DNA of 14,968 nucleotides from a bacterium (GTDB taxonomy: Bacteria > Electryoneota > Electryoneia > Electryoneales > Electryoneaceae). The notes under the pieces are model-generated. The model saw nothing but the letters and a program-made list of their open reading frames with translations, ran no database searches and was not told the origin of the DNA. Shown here piece after piece: positions 7,506 through 14,968 of this stretch. The translations under genes were made by a program, and so were the position numbers. Where the stretch lies: NCBI GenBank assembly GCA_043801585.1, contig JAZDLX010000052.1, positions 1 through 14,968 of the forward strand, written 5' to 3'. Numbering within the stretch: position 1 is the stretch's first letter; each line of letters opens with the position of its first letter.

Positions 7506-8093
7506 ATGGGTCTCGTGAATCTGTGGAAAACCTTCCGTGGCGATGCCGGTTACGTTTGCCCTACGTGGGTCGGAGGCACCTCTGACAACCACTTGCGCAA
7601 GCTCGTGCATGATCCCGAAATACTTCTCGGGGATCTCGTCAAACCGGGAATGACTGTCGTCGACCTTGGATGCGGCGGTGGAATCTTTTCGATTGCGATG
7701 GCCCAAATGGTGGGCGGGGATGGGAAAGTGATCGCCGTGGATGTACAGCAGAGAATGCTGAACAGGTTGGTACGCCGCGCTGCAAAACTCGATTTACAGG
7801 ACCGTATTTACCTGCATCTTTCCACTCCAGAAAATATCGGTCTGGAACCTCAATCTGTTGACTTTGCCCTTGCCTCATTGATGATTCATGAAGTGCCGGA
7901 CGCTCTCGCGTTTCTCAGTCAGGTGCATGCCAGCCTGAAATCCGGGGGCAACTTGCTGATCATTGAACCTGTGTTGCACGTCTCACGAAAACGGTATGCC
8001 AAAACCATGCAAACTGCACGGGAGGCCGGATTCCGGGTGATTTCACCTCGCACTGTCGCGCTATGTCGGGCCGTTCTGTTGCAGGCTGAATAA
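7506..8093 (+). CDS. Class I SAM-dependent methyltransferase
   Basis: Motif I VVDLGCGGG, motif II VIAVDVQQRML, SVDFAL, IHEVPD, LKSGGNLLIIEP; GAGGG RBS. Confidence 0.9.
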   Translation: MGLVNLWKTFRGDAGYVCPTWVGGTSDNHLRKLVHDPEILLGDLVKPGMTVVDLGCGGGIFSIAMAQMVGGDGKVIAVDVQQRMLNRLVRRAAKLDLQDRIYLHLSTPENIGLEPQSVDFALASLMIHEVPDALAFLSQVHASLKSGGNLLIIEPVLHVSRKRYAKTMQTAREAGFRVISPRTVALCRAVLLQAE

Positions 8094-8263
8094 GAATGAT
8101 TTTGTCATGGATGATGTACGAACCTGAGGGACGGCAACTTGTTTGAGTAAATGGAAAGTCCCTCTCCCCTGATCGGTTCCCACGCTTGCGCTCCCCGTCC
8201 CGCTTGCGAGAAGGCTTCCATTCGCTTAACCTCTTCAGTCATCTTTGAATGTCAGGGAGAACC

Positions 8264-9769
8264 ATGATTCAGCGAGTTCTGGTAGCCAACCGTGGGGAAA
8301 TCGCCGTCCGTATCCTTCGCGCTGCCCGGTTACTGGGAATCCAGACCGTTGCGGTGCACTCCGAAGCGGACGACGGAGCCCTGCACACCCGTCTCGCCGA
8401 CCAGAGCGTACTGATCGGCCCTGCTCCAGCGAACGAATCCTACCTCGACATCGGGAAGTTGGTTGACACTGCGAAACGGACCGGCTGCGACGCATTGCAT
8501 CCGGGCTATGGTTTCCTCGCGGAACGGGCGGCGTTTGCCGAGGCGGTGATCGACGCCGGACTGATCTGGGTGGGACCTCCTCCCAGCGCCATCGACCTGC
8601 TCGGCGACAAGGTGCGCTCTCGCCGGTTGATGGAAACCAGCGGCGTCCCGGTCACTCCAGGGTTCGACTGCGACGACCAGAAAGCGGAGAGCTTTCTCAA
8701 AGCCGCAAAGAAGCTTGGTTACCCGCTGTTGGTGAAAGCCGCCGCGGGAGGCGGTGGCAAGGGAATGCGGGTCGTCCGCAAGGAAAAGGAACTCGGCGAA
8801 TCGCTCGAAGGGGCGATGCGTGAGGCAAAAGCGGCGTTCGGGGATAGCCGGGTTTTCCTTGAGCGCTACGTCGAACGTCCGCGCCACATCGAATTCCAGA
8901 TCTTCGCCGACACCCACGGCAACGTTGTCCATCTCTTTGAGCGTGAATGCTCGATCCAGCGCCGTCACCAGAAAGTCGTCGAAGAAACACCCTCGACGGC
9001 ATTGACACCCGATTTGCGCAGACGGATGGGCAAAGCGGCTGTCGAGGCGGCAAGGGCGGCGAACTACGTCAACGCGGGAACAGTTGAATTCCTTTTCGAT
9101 TCCGCACAGCAGGAATTTTATTTCCTCGAAGTGAACACCCGCATCCAGGTGGAGCATCCGATCACCGAAGAAGTTGTCGGGGTGGATCTCGTCAGCGAAC
9201 AGTTCCGTGTCGCCAGCGGAGAAAAACTCTCCTGGTCTCAGAATGACCTGGTCCAGCGCGGACACGCCATTGAGGCTCGTATCTACGCCGAAGACCCCGC
9301 CAACGGTTTTCTCCCGGCGGCGGGTCCTCTGCTCTACCTGGAGGAACCGACGGGACCGGGGGTACGCGTCGACAGCGGAGTGGTCGCAGGACGCGATATC
9401 CCGGTGCACTACGATCCGATCCTCGCCAAGGTGATCACCCACGGCCCGGACCGTGAGGCGGCGCGGCGACGGATGATTCAGGCACTCGAGCATTACGTGG
9501 CGCTGGGCGTCCCGACGACGGCGCCCTTTCTCCATGACGTCTTTGCGCACGAAGCGTTTATCGCGGGCGAGACCTTCACCGATTTCATCCCCACGTATTT
9601 TAACGGGTGGTCGGGTGAGGAGGAAACACTGCGCGACCTTGCAATGGGCGTCTCAGCGGCGCTGTCAGGTTCAGCAGGACAGCGGCTCGTTGAATCCGGC
9701 AACGGCACCGGAATCCGTAGTACCCCCTGGCAGACGACCGGAGCCTGGCGAATGGGAGGTGCACGATGA
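8264..9769 (+). CDS. Biotin carboxylase subunit of an acyl-CoA carboxylase (MCC/PCC-alpha-like)
   Basis: RVLVANRGEIAVRI, HPGYGFLAE, KAAAGGGGKGMR, ERECSIQRRHQKVVEE, FLEVNTRIQVEHP, RVDSG, YDPILAK. AGGGAG RBS before ATG 8264. Confidence 0.95.
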   Translation: MIQRVLVANRGEIAVRILRAARLLGIQTVAVHSEADDGALHTRLADQSVLIGPAPANESYLDIGKLVDTAKRTGCDALHPGYGFLAERAAFAEAVIDAGLIWVGPPPSAIDLLGDKVRSRRLMETSGVPVTPGFDCDDQKAESFLKAAKKLGYPLLVKAAAGGGGKGMRVVRKEKELGESLEGAMREAKAAFGDSRVFLERYVERPRHIEFQIFADTHGNVVHLFERECSIQRRHQKVVEETPSTALTPDLRRRMGKAAVEAARAANYVNAGTVEFLFDSAQQEFYFLEVNTRIQVEHPITEEVVGVDLVSEQFRVASGEKLSWSQNDLVQRGHAIEARIYAEDPANGFLPAAGPLLYLEEPTGPGVRVDSGVVAGRDIPVHYDPILAKVITHGPDREAARRRMIQALEHYVALGVPTTAPFLHDVFAHEAFIAGETFTDFIPTYFNGWSGEEETLRDLAMGVSAALSGSAGQRLVESGNGTGIRSTPWQTTGAWRMGGAR

Positions 9770-10260
9770 GCCGGCGAGTGTTCAAAGTCGAAACGGGTGA
9801 ACTTTCGGTTCGTGCGGAGATCAACGGAGACCATCTCACTGCAACCATTGAGGGCCACGCGGACATCGAGGGAGCGTTTGTTCGCACTGGCGACTCCACC
9901 GGAGTGTGGAATGTCAACGGCGCCCGTTATACGGTCGCGGCGGTGGAGCACAAGGGAACGGTCTGGGCGGCGGTGGACGGCCGGGTGTTCCGTTTTGAAC
10001 TGGTGGACCCGAACGCACCGGCTGGCGCAGTCGCCGCCGAGAACATGGTGGCCGCGCCGATGCCGGGCAAGGTGATCAAGCTGTTCAAGGCCGTTGGCGA
10101 CACCGTAGAAGAGGGCGAGGCGGTGATCGTGGTCGAGGCGATGAAAATGGAACACACCCTGCGAGCACCGAAGGCGGGAAAGATCTCCGAGATCCGTTGC
10201 ATTGAGGGGCAGCAGGTCGAGGCGAATGTCCCATTAGTGGAGATCGAGGCGGAAGACTGA
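9766..10260 (+). CDS. Biotin carboxyl carrier protein with N-terminal BT-like beta domain
   Basis: APMPGKVI and the biotinylation motif EAMKME; ATGA overlap with the upstream stop. Confidence 0.92.
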   Translation: MSRRVFKVETGELSVRAEINGDHLTATIEGHADIEGAFVRTGDSTGVWNVNGARYTVAAVEHKGTVWAAVDGRVFRFELVDPNAPAGAVAAENMVAAPMPGKVIKLFKAVGDTVEEGEAVIVVEAMKMEHTLRAPKAGKISEIRCIEGQQVEANVPLVEIEAED

Positions 10261-10274
10261 TTTTGGGAGGAGGT

Positions 10275-10709
10275 ATGTTGTCAAAAACCTGGGGCTATGC
10301 GGTGCGGGCGATGGTGTGGATGGTGCGAACGCACGGCGATCCCAAGCGCCGCTGGAGCAGTGACGAGCTGGCGGAGGCGGCGGGACTCCCACCCTCCTTC
10401 CTGGCGAAAGTGATGCAGCAACTCACTGCGGCGGGCCTTGTCGAGAGCACACGGGGGCGCGGTGGAGGGATCCGTCTGGCTCGCGATCCAGCAACGATCC
10501 GCCTCTATGACATCGCGGCATTAACCGAAGACCGGACGGAATTCGATCTGGACGGCGCGGGACTGGAGGATGCCGCTCCGGAATTGCTCGACGAGTTGCA
10601 CCTCCGCTGGCAACCGTACGGCCGTGCGGTCCGCGAGTTTCTTGCGGCAACGACCATCGCGGACCTTTCCGCAACCGGCGCAACGAATGAAAAGGAGAAG
10701 CAATCGTGA
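10275..10709 (+). CDS. Rrf2 family transcriptional regulator (no cysteines)
   Basis: GGAGGAGG RBS before ATG 10275. YAVRAMV, ELAEAAGLPPSFLAKVMQQL, GLVESTRGRGGGIRLARDP and TTIADL motifs. Confidence 0.9.
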   Translation: MLSKTWGYAVRAMVWMVRTHGDPKRRWSSDELAEAAGLPPSFLAKVMQQLTAAGLVESTRGRGGGIRLARDPATIRLYDIAALTEDRTEFDLDGAGLEDAAPELLDELHLRWQPYGRAVREFLAATTIADLSATGATNEKEKQS

Positions 10710-11893
10710 GGGCAACCATCGAACAGATCCAGGAGAAACTGAGCGTCCTGAACCTGCAAGGCTGGCTCCTCTACATCTGGCGCACGGTGAATCCCGTGGC
10801 AATTACAACACTCGGACTGGAAGAGGAAGGTCTGAGATCACGCCGCTGTTATTACCTGATTCCGGCAAAGGGCGAGCCGCGAAAACTGCTGCATGTCATC
10901 GAACCCCACTCTCTCGAAGGGCTGCCCGGAAACGAGGAGTCCTATTCCTCGTATGTCGTTCTGAAAGAGAAATTGGCGGCAATGCTCAAGGGGTACACAT
11001 CCGTGGCGATGGAATACAGCCCGGAATGCCACATCCCCACGGCCTCCTGGGTGGATGCCGGAACAGTGGAGATGATCCGTTCCCTCGGTGTGTCAGTGGT
11101 CAGCTCCGCCGAGCTGGTCCAGTATTTCGAGGCGACCCTCGACGATGCGCAGATCGCCAGCCATTTCAGCGCGGCGGAACTCTGCAAACGGATCGCAGCG
11201 GACGCCTTCGAGGAGGCTGGAAAACGTATCCGCGACGGTAAACCCATGACCGAGTACGAGCTTCAGCAGTGGATCGTCGGCCGTTTCAACGATGTCGACC
11301 TGATCTGGGAGAGCAATCCGATTATCGGTGTGAACGGACACAGCTCCGATCCCCATTACTCCCCATCCCCCACCGATTCCACCGAGATCAAAGCGGGTGA
11401 TGTGCTGCTGATCGACCTCTGGGCCAAGGGAAAGCAGAAAGGCGCGGTGTACGCAGACCAGACGTGGATGGGCTATTTCGGTGTCCAACCGCCCGAGAAG
11501 GTCAAGGAAATCTGGGAGCTGGTTCGCGATGCCCGCCGTGCCGGGTATGCGCTGGTGACCGGCCGCATCGCCGCGGGCAAGTCGGTGTACGGTTACGAAG
11601 TGGACGACGCCAGCCGCGCGGTGATTGAAAAAGCAGGCTACGGCGAGTATTTCTTCCACCGCACCGGTCACAGCATCACCTGGACCGATCACGGCAACGG
11701 CGCGAACATGGACAACTTGGAAACCCATGACGACCGCCCGATCATCCCACGCACCTGCTTTTCAATCGAGCCGGGTGTCTACCTGCCGGAGTTCGGCGTG
11801 CGCAGCGAGAACAATGTCATGATTCTGCCGGATGGCACACCGAAACTCGCCGAAGGAACGGACCAGGAGGAGCTGATTCTCGTCACGGTATGA
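10706..11893 (+). CDS. M24 family metallopeptidase (Xaa-Pro aminopeptidase/prolidase-like)
   Basis: Metal ligands in LLIDLWAK, YADQTW, HRTGHSI, FSIEPGVY and GVRSEN; GTGA overlap with the Rrf2 stop, AAGGAG RBS. Confidence 0.9.
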   Translation: MRATIEQIQEKLSVLNLQGWLLYIWRTVNPVAITTLGLEEEGLRSRRCYYLIPAKGEPRKLLHVIEPHSLEGLPGNEESYSSYVVLKEKLAAMLKGYTSVAMEYSPECHIPTASWVDAGTVEMIRSLGVSVVSSAELVQYFEATLDDAQIASHFSAAELCKRIAADAFEEAGKRIRDGKPMTEYELQQWIVGRFNDVDLIWESNPIIGVNGHSSDPHYSPSPTDSTEIKAGDVLLIDLWAKGKQKGAVYADQTWMGYFGVQPPEKVKEIWELVRDARRAGYALVTGRIAAGKSVYGYEVDDASRAVIEKAGYGEYFFHRTGHSITWTDHGNGANMDNLETHDDRPIIPRTCFSIEPGVYLPEFGVRSENNVMILPDGTPKLAEGTDQEELILVTV

Positions 11894-11917
11894 TCGCCGG
11901 GGGTGTGCAGGATTCCA

Positions 11918-11950
11918 AGCGCCCCGTTCGCCAGACGGGGTGTTCTTTTA
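11918..11950 (+). terminator. Probable intrinsic terminator
   Basis: AGCGCCCCGTT-cgcca-GACGGGGTGTT stem (with G-U pairs) followed by CTTTTA, about 25 bp after the peptidase stop. Confidence 0.7.
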
Positions 11951-12068
11951 TAGGCCGAATCCGTGAGCAAACTGTCCTACTCACCATGCAAGAAGGTGTG
12001 TGGAACTGACGGGTGGCATTCTTGGTATATTCCACGGTCGAACAACGGTTAAAAGGATCTATCTGCAC

Positions 12069-13064
12069 ATGAAATACAAGGACTACTACAAGATCCTCAG
12101 CGTGGACCGCAACGCCAGCGACGACGTGATCCACAAGGCGTACCGGAAACTCGCCCGGAAATACCATCCGGACGTGAACAGGGAATCGGGCGCGGAAGAG
12201 AAGTTCAAGGAGATCGGCGAAGCGTACGAAGTGCTGAAGGACGCGCAGAAACGGAAACGGTACGACACCCTCGGCCAGAACTGGAAGATGGGCGACGATT
12301 TTTCGCCTCCTCCCGGCTGGCAGCACATGGGCGGATCTCGTCCCCGACCCAGCGGTGCGGGAAATGGATTCGCTTTCGGCGGGTTCAGCGACTTCTTCGA
12401 TTTCATCTTCGGCGGTGGAGGGACCCGTGCGGGGGGTGGCGCACGCAGTCCGTTTGGACAGGGTGATTTCGGTGGATTCGGAGGTTTTTCGAGCGGCGCA
12501 GCGCGCGGACAGGATCACGAAGCCGTCCTCGAAATCTCGATTGAGGAGGCGATCCAGGGGGGCAAAACCCGTTTCTCGATTAACACCAGCGAAATCGGCT
12601 CGGATGGAAACCCGCATCCGAGCAGCCGCACGCTCGAGGTAAGAATTCCCGACGTCGTCCGGGAGGGGATGCGTATTCGTGTTCCCGGGCAGGGCGGCCG
12701 TGGCCCGGGCGGTGGTGCGGGCGATCTGTACCTGAAAATCAAGTTCAAGCCGCATGATCTCTTCCGCGTGCACGAGCACAACCTGCATCTGCATCTCCCC
12801 GTCGCTCCCTGGGAAGCGGCCCTCGGCGCCAAGGTGACCGTGCCCACCCCGGATGGCAAAATCCGTGTGAATATCAAACCGGGCTCGTCTTCGGGTCAGA
12901 AATTGCGCATCCCGGGGCATGGACTACCGAAAAAAGGCGGCGGTCGGGGCGACATGATCGCGGAAATCTCAATCGTTCTGCCGGACAAAATGTCGAAACA
13001 CGAACAGGAGATGTTCGAAATGCTCGCCGACCGCAGCTCGTTCAAGCCACGACCGTGGGACTGA
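12069..13064 (+). CDS. cbpA: Class B (type II) J-domain co-chaperone, CbpA/DnaJ-like
   Basis: MKYKDYYKIL...ARKYHPDVN J-domain, G/F-rich linker (FSDFFDFIFGG), no CxxCxGxG zinc finger, C-domain with APWEAALGAKVTVPT; AAAGGA RBS. Confidence 0.88.
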   Translation: MKYKDYYKILSVDRNASDDVIHKAYRKLARKYHPDVNRESGAEEKFKEIGEAYEVLKDAQKRKRYDTLGQNWKMGDDFSPPPGWQHMGGSRPRPSGAGNGFAFGGFSDFFDFIFGGGGTRAGGGARSPFGQGDFGGFGGFSSGAARGQDHEAVLEISIEEAIQGGKTRFSINTSEIGSDGNPHPSSRTLEVRIPDVVREGMRIRVPGQGGRGPGGGAGDLYLKIKFKPHDLFRVHEHNLHLHLPVAPWEAALGAKVTVPTPDGKIRVNIKPGSSSGQKLRIPGHGLPKKGGGRGDMIAEISIVLPDKMSKHEQEMFEMLADRSSFKPRPWD

Positions 13065-13070
13065 ACAACC

Positions 13071-13160
13071 TTAAGGAGACACATTACTTCATTCGATATT
13101 ATCCTGAAAATATAAAAGTTACTTACGAAGAATAAATAAGGGAACGTATCCACCTAAAAT
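13071..13160. repeat. Degenerate GGGGACA-family element
   Basis: 13071-13094 TTAAGGAGACACATTACTTCATTC matches 13581-13604 at 22/24. 13141-13153 GGAACGTATCCAC matches the right-arm core GGTACGTGTCCCC of the 1637-1737 element at 10/13. Confidence 0.7.
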
Positions 13161-13163
13161 GTA

Positions 13164-13199
13164 TCTGCCATTCCGGCAGACAGAAATGGATTTTCTGCC
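13164..13199. promoter_or_regulatory. Candidate enhancer-binding-protein site (UAS) for the sigma54 promoter
   Basis: Palindrome TCTGCC-attcc-GGCAGA (13164-13180) plus a third half-site TCTGCC (13194-13199), roughly 110-150 bp upstream of the predicted start site. Confidence 0.35.
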
Positions 13200-13284
13200 A
13201 GCATTGACCGGAGAGATTCATCGGACAGGTTTTGTGATTTACTTGTTTTATAATGAATTACTTGCTCCTTGCCGTCCCCTTTTT

Positions 13285-13301
13285 CTGGCAAGGGGATTGC
13301 T
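13285..13301 (+). promoter_or_regulatory. Sigma54 (RpoN) -24/-12 promoter
   Basis: CTGGCAAGGGGATTGCT matches TGGCAC-N5-TTGCW at all but one fixed position, with exact GG-N10-GC spacing. Predicted start near 13312, just before the GGGAGGT RBS and ATG 13324. Confidence 0.7.
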
Positions 13302-13323
13302 TAGGATATCTGCGGGAGGTCCC

Positions 13324-13584
13324 ATGGTGGAAATCATCATCGTCATCGCTGGCATCACCCTCGCAATCCTCGGGCTGGCCTATCTCGCCCGGCATGGCCG
13401 CGGGATGTTCGGCCGCATGCAGTTCACCTCGCAGAGCAGCATGTATGGCTTGAGTGGTTCCGAGAGGAAGCATGCGATCGAGGAAGTGCAATACGTCCAA
13501 GAGGATGAAGTCCAGGAGGACACCGGCCCTGACGACCAGGGCGTCCGCATCGAAGAAGACAAAAGCGAACGAAAAAGCAATTAA
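13324..13584 (+). CDS. Small single-pass membrane protein with acidic tail (86 aa, hypothetical)
   Basis: Strong GGGAGGT RBS; N-terminal TM MVEIIIVIAGITLAILGLAYLA; acidic C-terminus. GC-rich coding-like composition between AT-rich flanks. Confidence 0.7.
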   Translation: MVEIIIVIAGITLAILGLAYLARHGRGMFGRMQFTSQSSMYGLSGSERKHAIEEVQYVQEDEVQEDTGPDDQGVRIEEDKSERKSN

Positions 13585-13669
13585 GGGGACACATTACTTA
13601 ATTCATTTTACTCGCTTAAAATCTGTATTTACCTTGCAATCTCGAATTAAGTAATGTGTCCCCTTAATT
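13579..13669. repeat. Perfect 26-bp inverted repeat element (GGGGACA-core, REP/REPIN-like)
   Basis: 13579-13604 AATTAAGGGGACACATTACTTAATTC is the exact reverse complement of 13644-13669, with a 39-bp AT-rich spacer. Confidence 0.9.
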
Positions 13670-13712
13670 CGAAAACGAAAAGTAAACGAACAGCACAGGG
13701 AGAGTTGGTATC

Positions 13713-14968
13713 ATGGCCGAGACGTCCACCGGCAAAGGGAAAAGCCAGACTTTGAAATTCAAGGCGGAAGTGGCTCAACTGCTCAGCATCGTCATCAACA
13801 GCCTCTATACCGACCGGGAGATTTTCGTGCGCGAGCTGATCTCCAACGCGTCCGATGCGCTGGAGAAAATGCGCCACCTGAGTCTGACCCGGAAAGAGGC
13901 CGTGCACGTCGAGGAGGGCGACCTCGAGATCCGCATCGACCTCGACGACGAGGCGAAAACCTTTACCATCACCGACACCGGCATTGGAATGACCCGTGAC
14001 GAGGCCTCGGAGAATCTGGGAACCATCGCTCATTCCGGCTCCCGCGCCTTTCTGCAGCAGATCGCGTCAGGCCAGCCTGTGGACGTGAACCTGATCGGCC
14101 AGTTCGGTGTCGGATTCTATTCCTCTTTCATGGCGGCGAAGAAGGTAACCGTGCAGACCCGTTCCTGGCAGCCGGACACCGAACCGGTGATCTGGAGCAG
14201 CGAGGGAGCGGGATCGTTCAGCATCCGTTCCGCGGACCCCGAACTCCCGCGTGGCACAACGGTCACTGTGGACCTTCGCGATGACGCCGGAGAGTTTGCG
14301 GACACAGACACGATTAAAAGGCTGATCCGTCAGTACAGTAATTTCGTCCCCTTCCCCATCCGCGTCAACGGCGAGCAGGTGAACACCGTTCAGCCGCTGT
14401 GGACGAAACCGAAAAGCGAGATCGGCAACGACGAGATGAAGGAGTTCTACCGTTTCGTCGCCAACACCTTTGACGATCCCATTTACAGTTTTCACTTCGC
14501 CGCGGACGCTCCGCTGGCGATCCACTCGCTGCTGTTCGTGCCCGGCCAGAACGTGGAAGGGTTCGGGCTGGGGCGGATGGAGCCGGGGGTCGCACTCTAC
14601 TGCAAGCGGGTGCTGATCCAGTCCCAGGTGGAGGAGCTGCTGCCGGAGTATTTCCGTTTTATCCGGGGCGTGGTCGACAGCGAGGACCTGCCGTTGAACA
14701 TCAGCCGTGAGACGATGCAGGACAGTGCGCTGGTCGCCAAACTGCGGCGCGTTCTGACCGGACGGTTGATCAAATTCCTCGCCGAGGAGGCAAAGGGCGA
14801 TCCGAAGAAGTACAGCGAGTTCTATGGCAATTTCGGCGTCTTCCTCAAGGAGGGGGTGGCCACCGACGGCGACAACCGCAACGAGCTGGCGAAACTGTTG
14901 CTCTACGATTCCTCCGCCGATCCCGAGAAGAAGGTCAGCCTCGAACAGTACCTCGAGCGGATGCCGGA
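13713..14968 (+). CDS. htpG: Molecular chaperone HtpG (Hsp90), 3'-truncated by the window edge
   Basis: Translated by hand (not in the ORF track): FKAEVAQLLSIVINSLYTDREIFVRELISNASDALEK, ITDTGIGMT, NLGTIAHSGS, IGQFGVGFYSSF, RGVVDSEDLPLNISRE, FLKEGV. AGGGAG RBS; frame open to the window end. Confidence 0.97.
   Translation, partial: MAETSTGKGKSQTLKFKAEVAQLLSIVINSLYTDREIFVRELISNASDALEKMRHLSLTRKEAVHVEEGDLEIRIDLDDEAKTFTITDTGIGMTRDEASENLGTIAHSGSRAFLQQIASGQPVDVNLIGQFGVGFYSSFMAAKKVTVQTRSWQPDTEPVIWSSEGAGSFSIRSADPELPRGTTVTVDLRDDAGEFADTDTIKRLIRQYSNFVPFPIRVNGEQVNTVQPLWTKPKSEIGNDEMKEFYRFVANTFDDPIYSFHFAADAPLAIHSLLFVPGQNVEGFGLGRMEPGVALYCKRVLIQSQVEELLPEYFRFIRGVVDSEDLPLNISRETMQDSALVAKLRRVLTGRLIKFLAEEAKGDPKKYSEFYGNFGVFLKEGVATDGDNRNELAKLLLYDSSADPEKKVSLEQYLERMP

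Noticed and set aside
8330..9550. Long antisense ORFs (406 aa here; also 4800-5918, 11883-12920, 3054-3836, 11093-11728)
   Set aside because: They lie opposite clearly identified genes, have no recognisable motifs, and are expected shadows of GC-rich codon usage.
11995..12068. CIRCE or sigma32 heat-shock elements before cbpA or htpG
   Set aside because: Only a partial half-site (TGGCATTC) with no partner before cbpA. The CTTGCA...CCCCTT pair before htpG is spaced 21 bp, too far for sigma32.
13581..13667. TTAA target duplication or Tn3-like GGGG termini (MITE)
   Set aside because: TTAA is part of the palindromic arm, and the 1637-1737 copy has inverted, not direct, flanks. Not supportable without an empty site.
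13071..13669. CRISPR interpretation of 24-33 bp repeats with 35-39 bp spacers
   Set aside because: Adjacent repeats are inverted pairs rather than tandem direct arrays, and no cas genes are present.

Overview
GC-rich bacterial chromosomal window of mostly housekeeping and envelope genes, with no transposase, integrase, CRISPR array or rRNA/tRNA recognisable. Order: 5'-truncated PAS protein (+); TolB-like beta-propeller lipoprotein (+); a minus-strand cluster of lipocalin, stand-alone trpF and a VUT/YhhQ transporter; OPT-family transporter (+); DUF4287/SRPBCC-like protein (+); small membrane protein (-); class I SAM methyltransferase (+); a tightly coupled run of biotin carboxylase, biotin carrier, cysteine-free Rrf2 regulator and M24 peptidase (+); class B J-protein (CbpA-like); a small membrane protein with a good sigma54 promoter; and htpG (3'-truncated, absent from the supplied ORF track). 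The most striking signals are non-coding. (i) Four AT-rich intergenic elements consist of inverted GGG(G)ACA-core arms, two of them perfect 33-bp and 26-bp inverted repeats, sitting at gene ends. (ii) An unrelated inverted doublet of GTGG-footed hairpins shows clear compensatory base changes. Both resemble REP/REPIN-type targets of a HUH (RAYT-like) nuclease encoded elsewhere, which is an inference. Two of the GGGACA elements bracket a sigma54-type orphan gene between cbpA and htpG. No complete novel multi-gene system can be demonstrated from this window alone.
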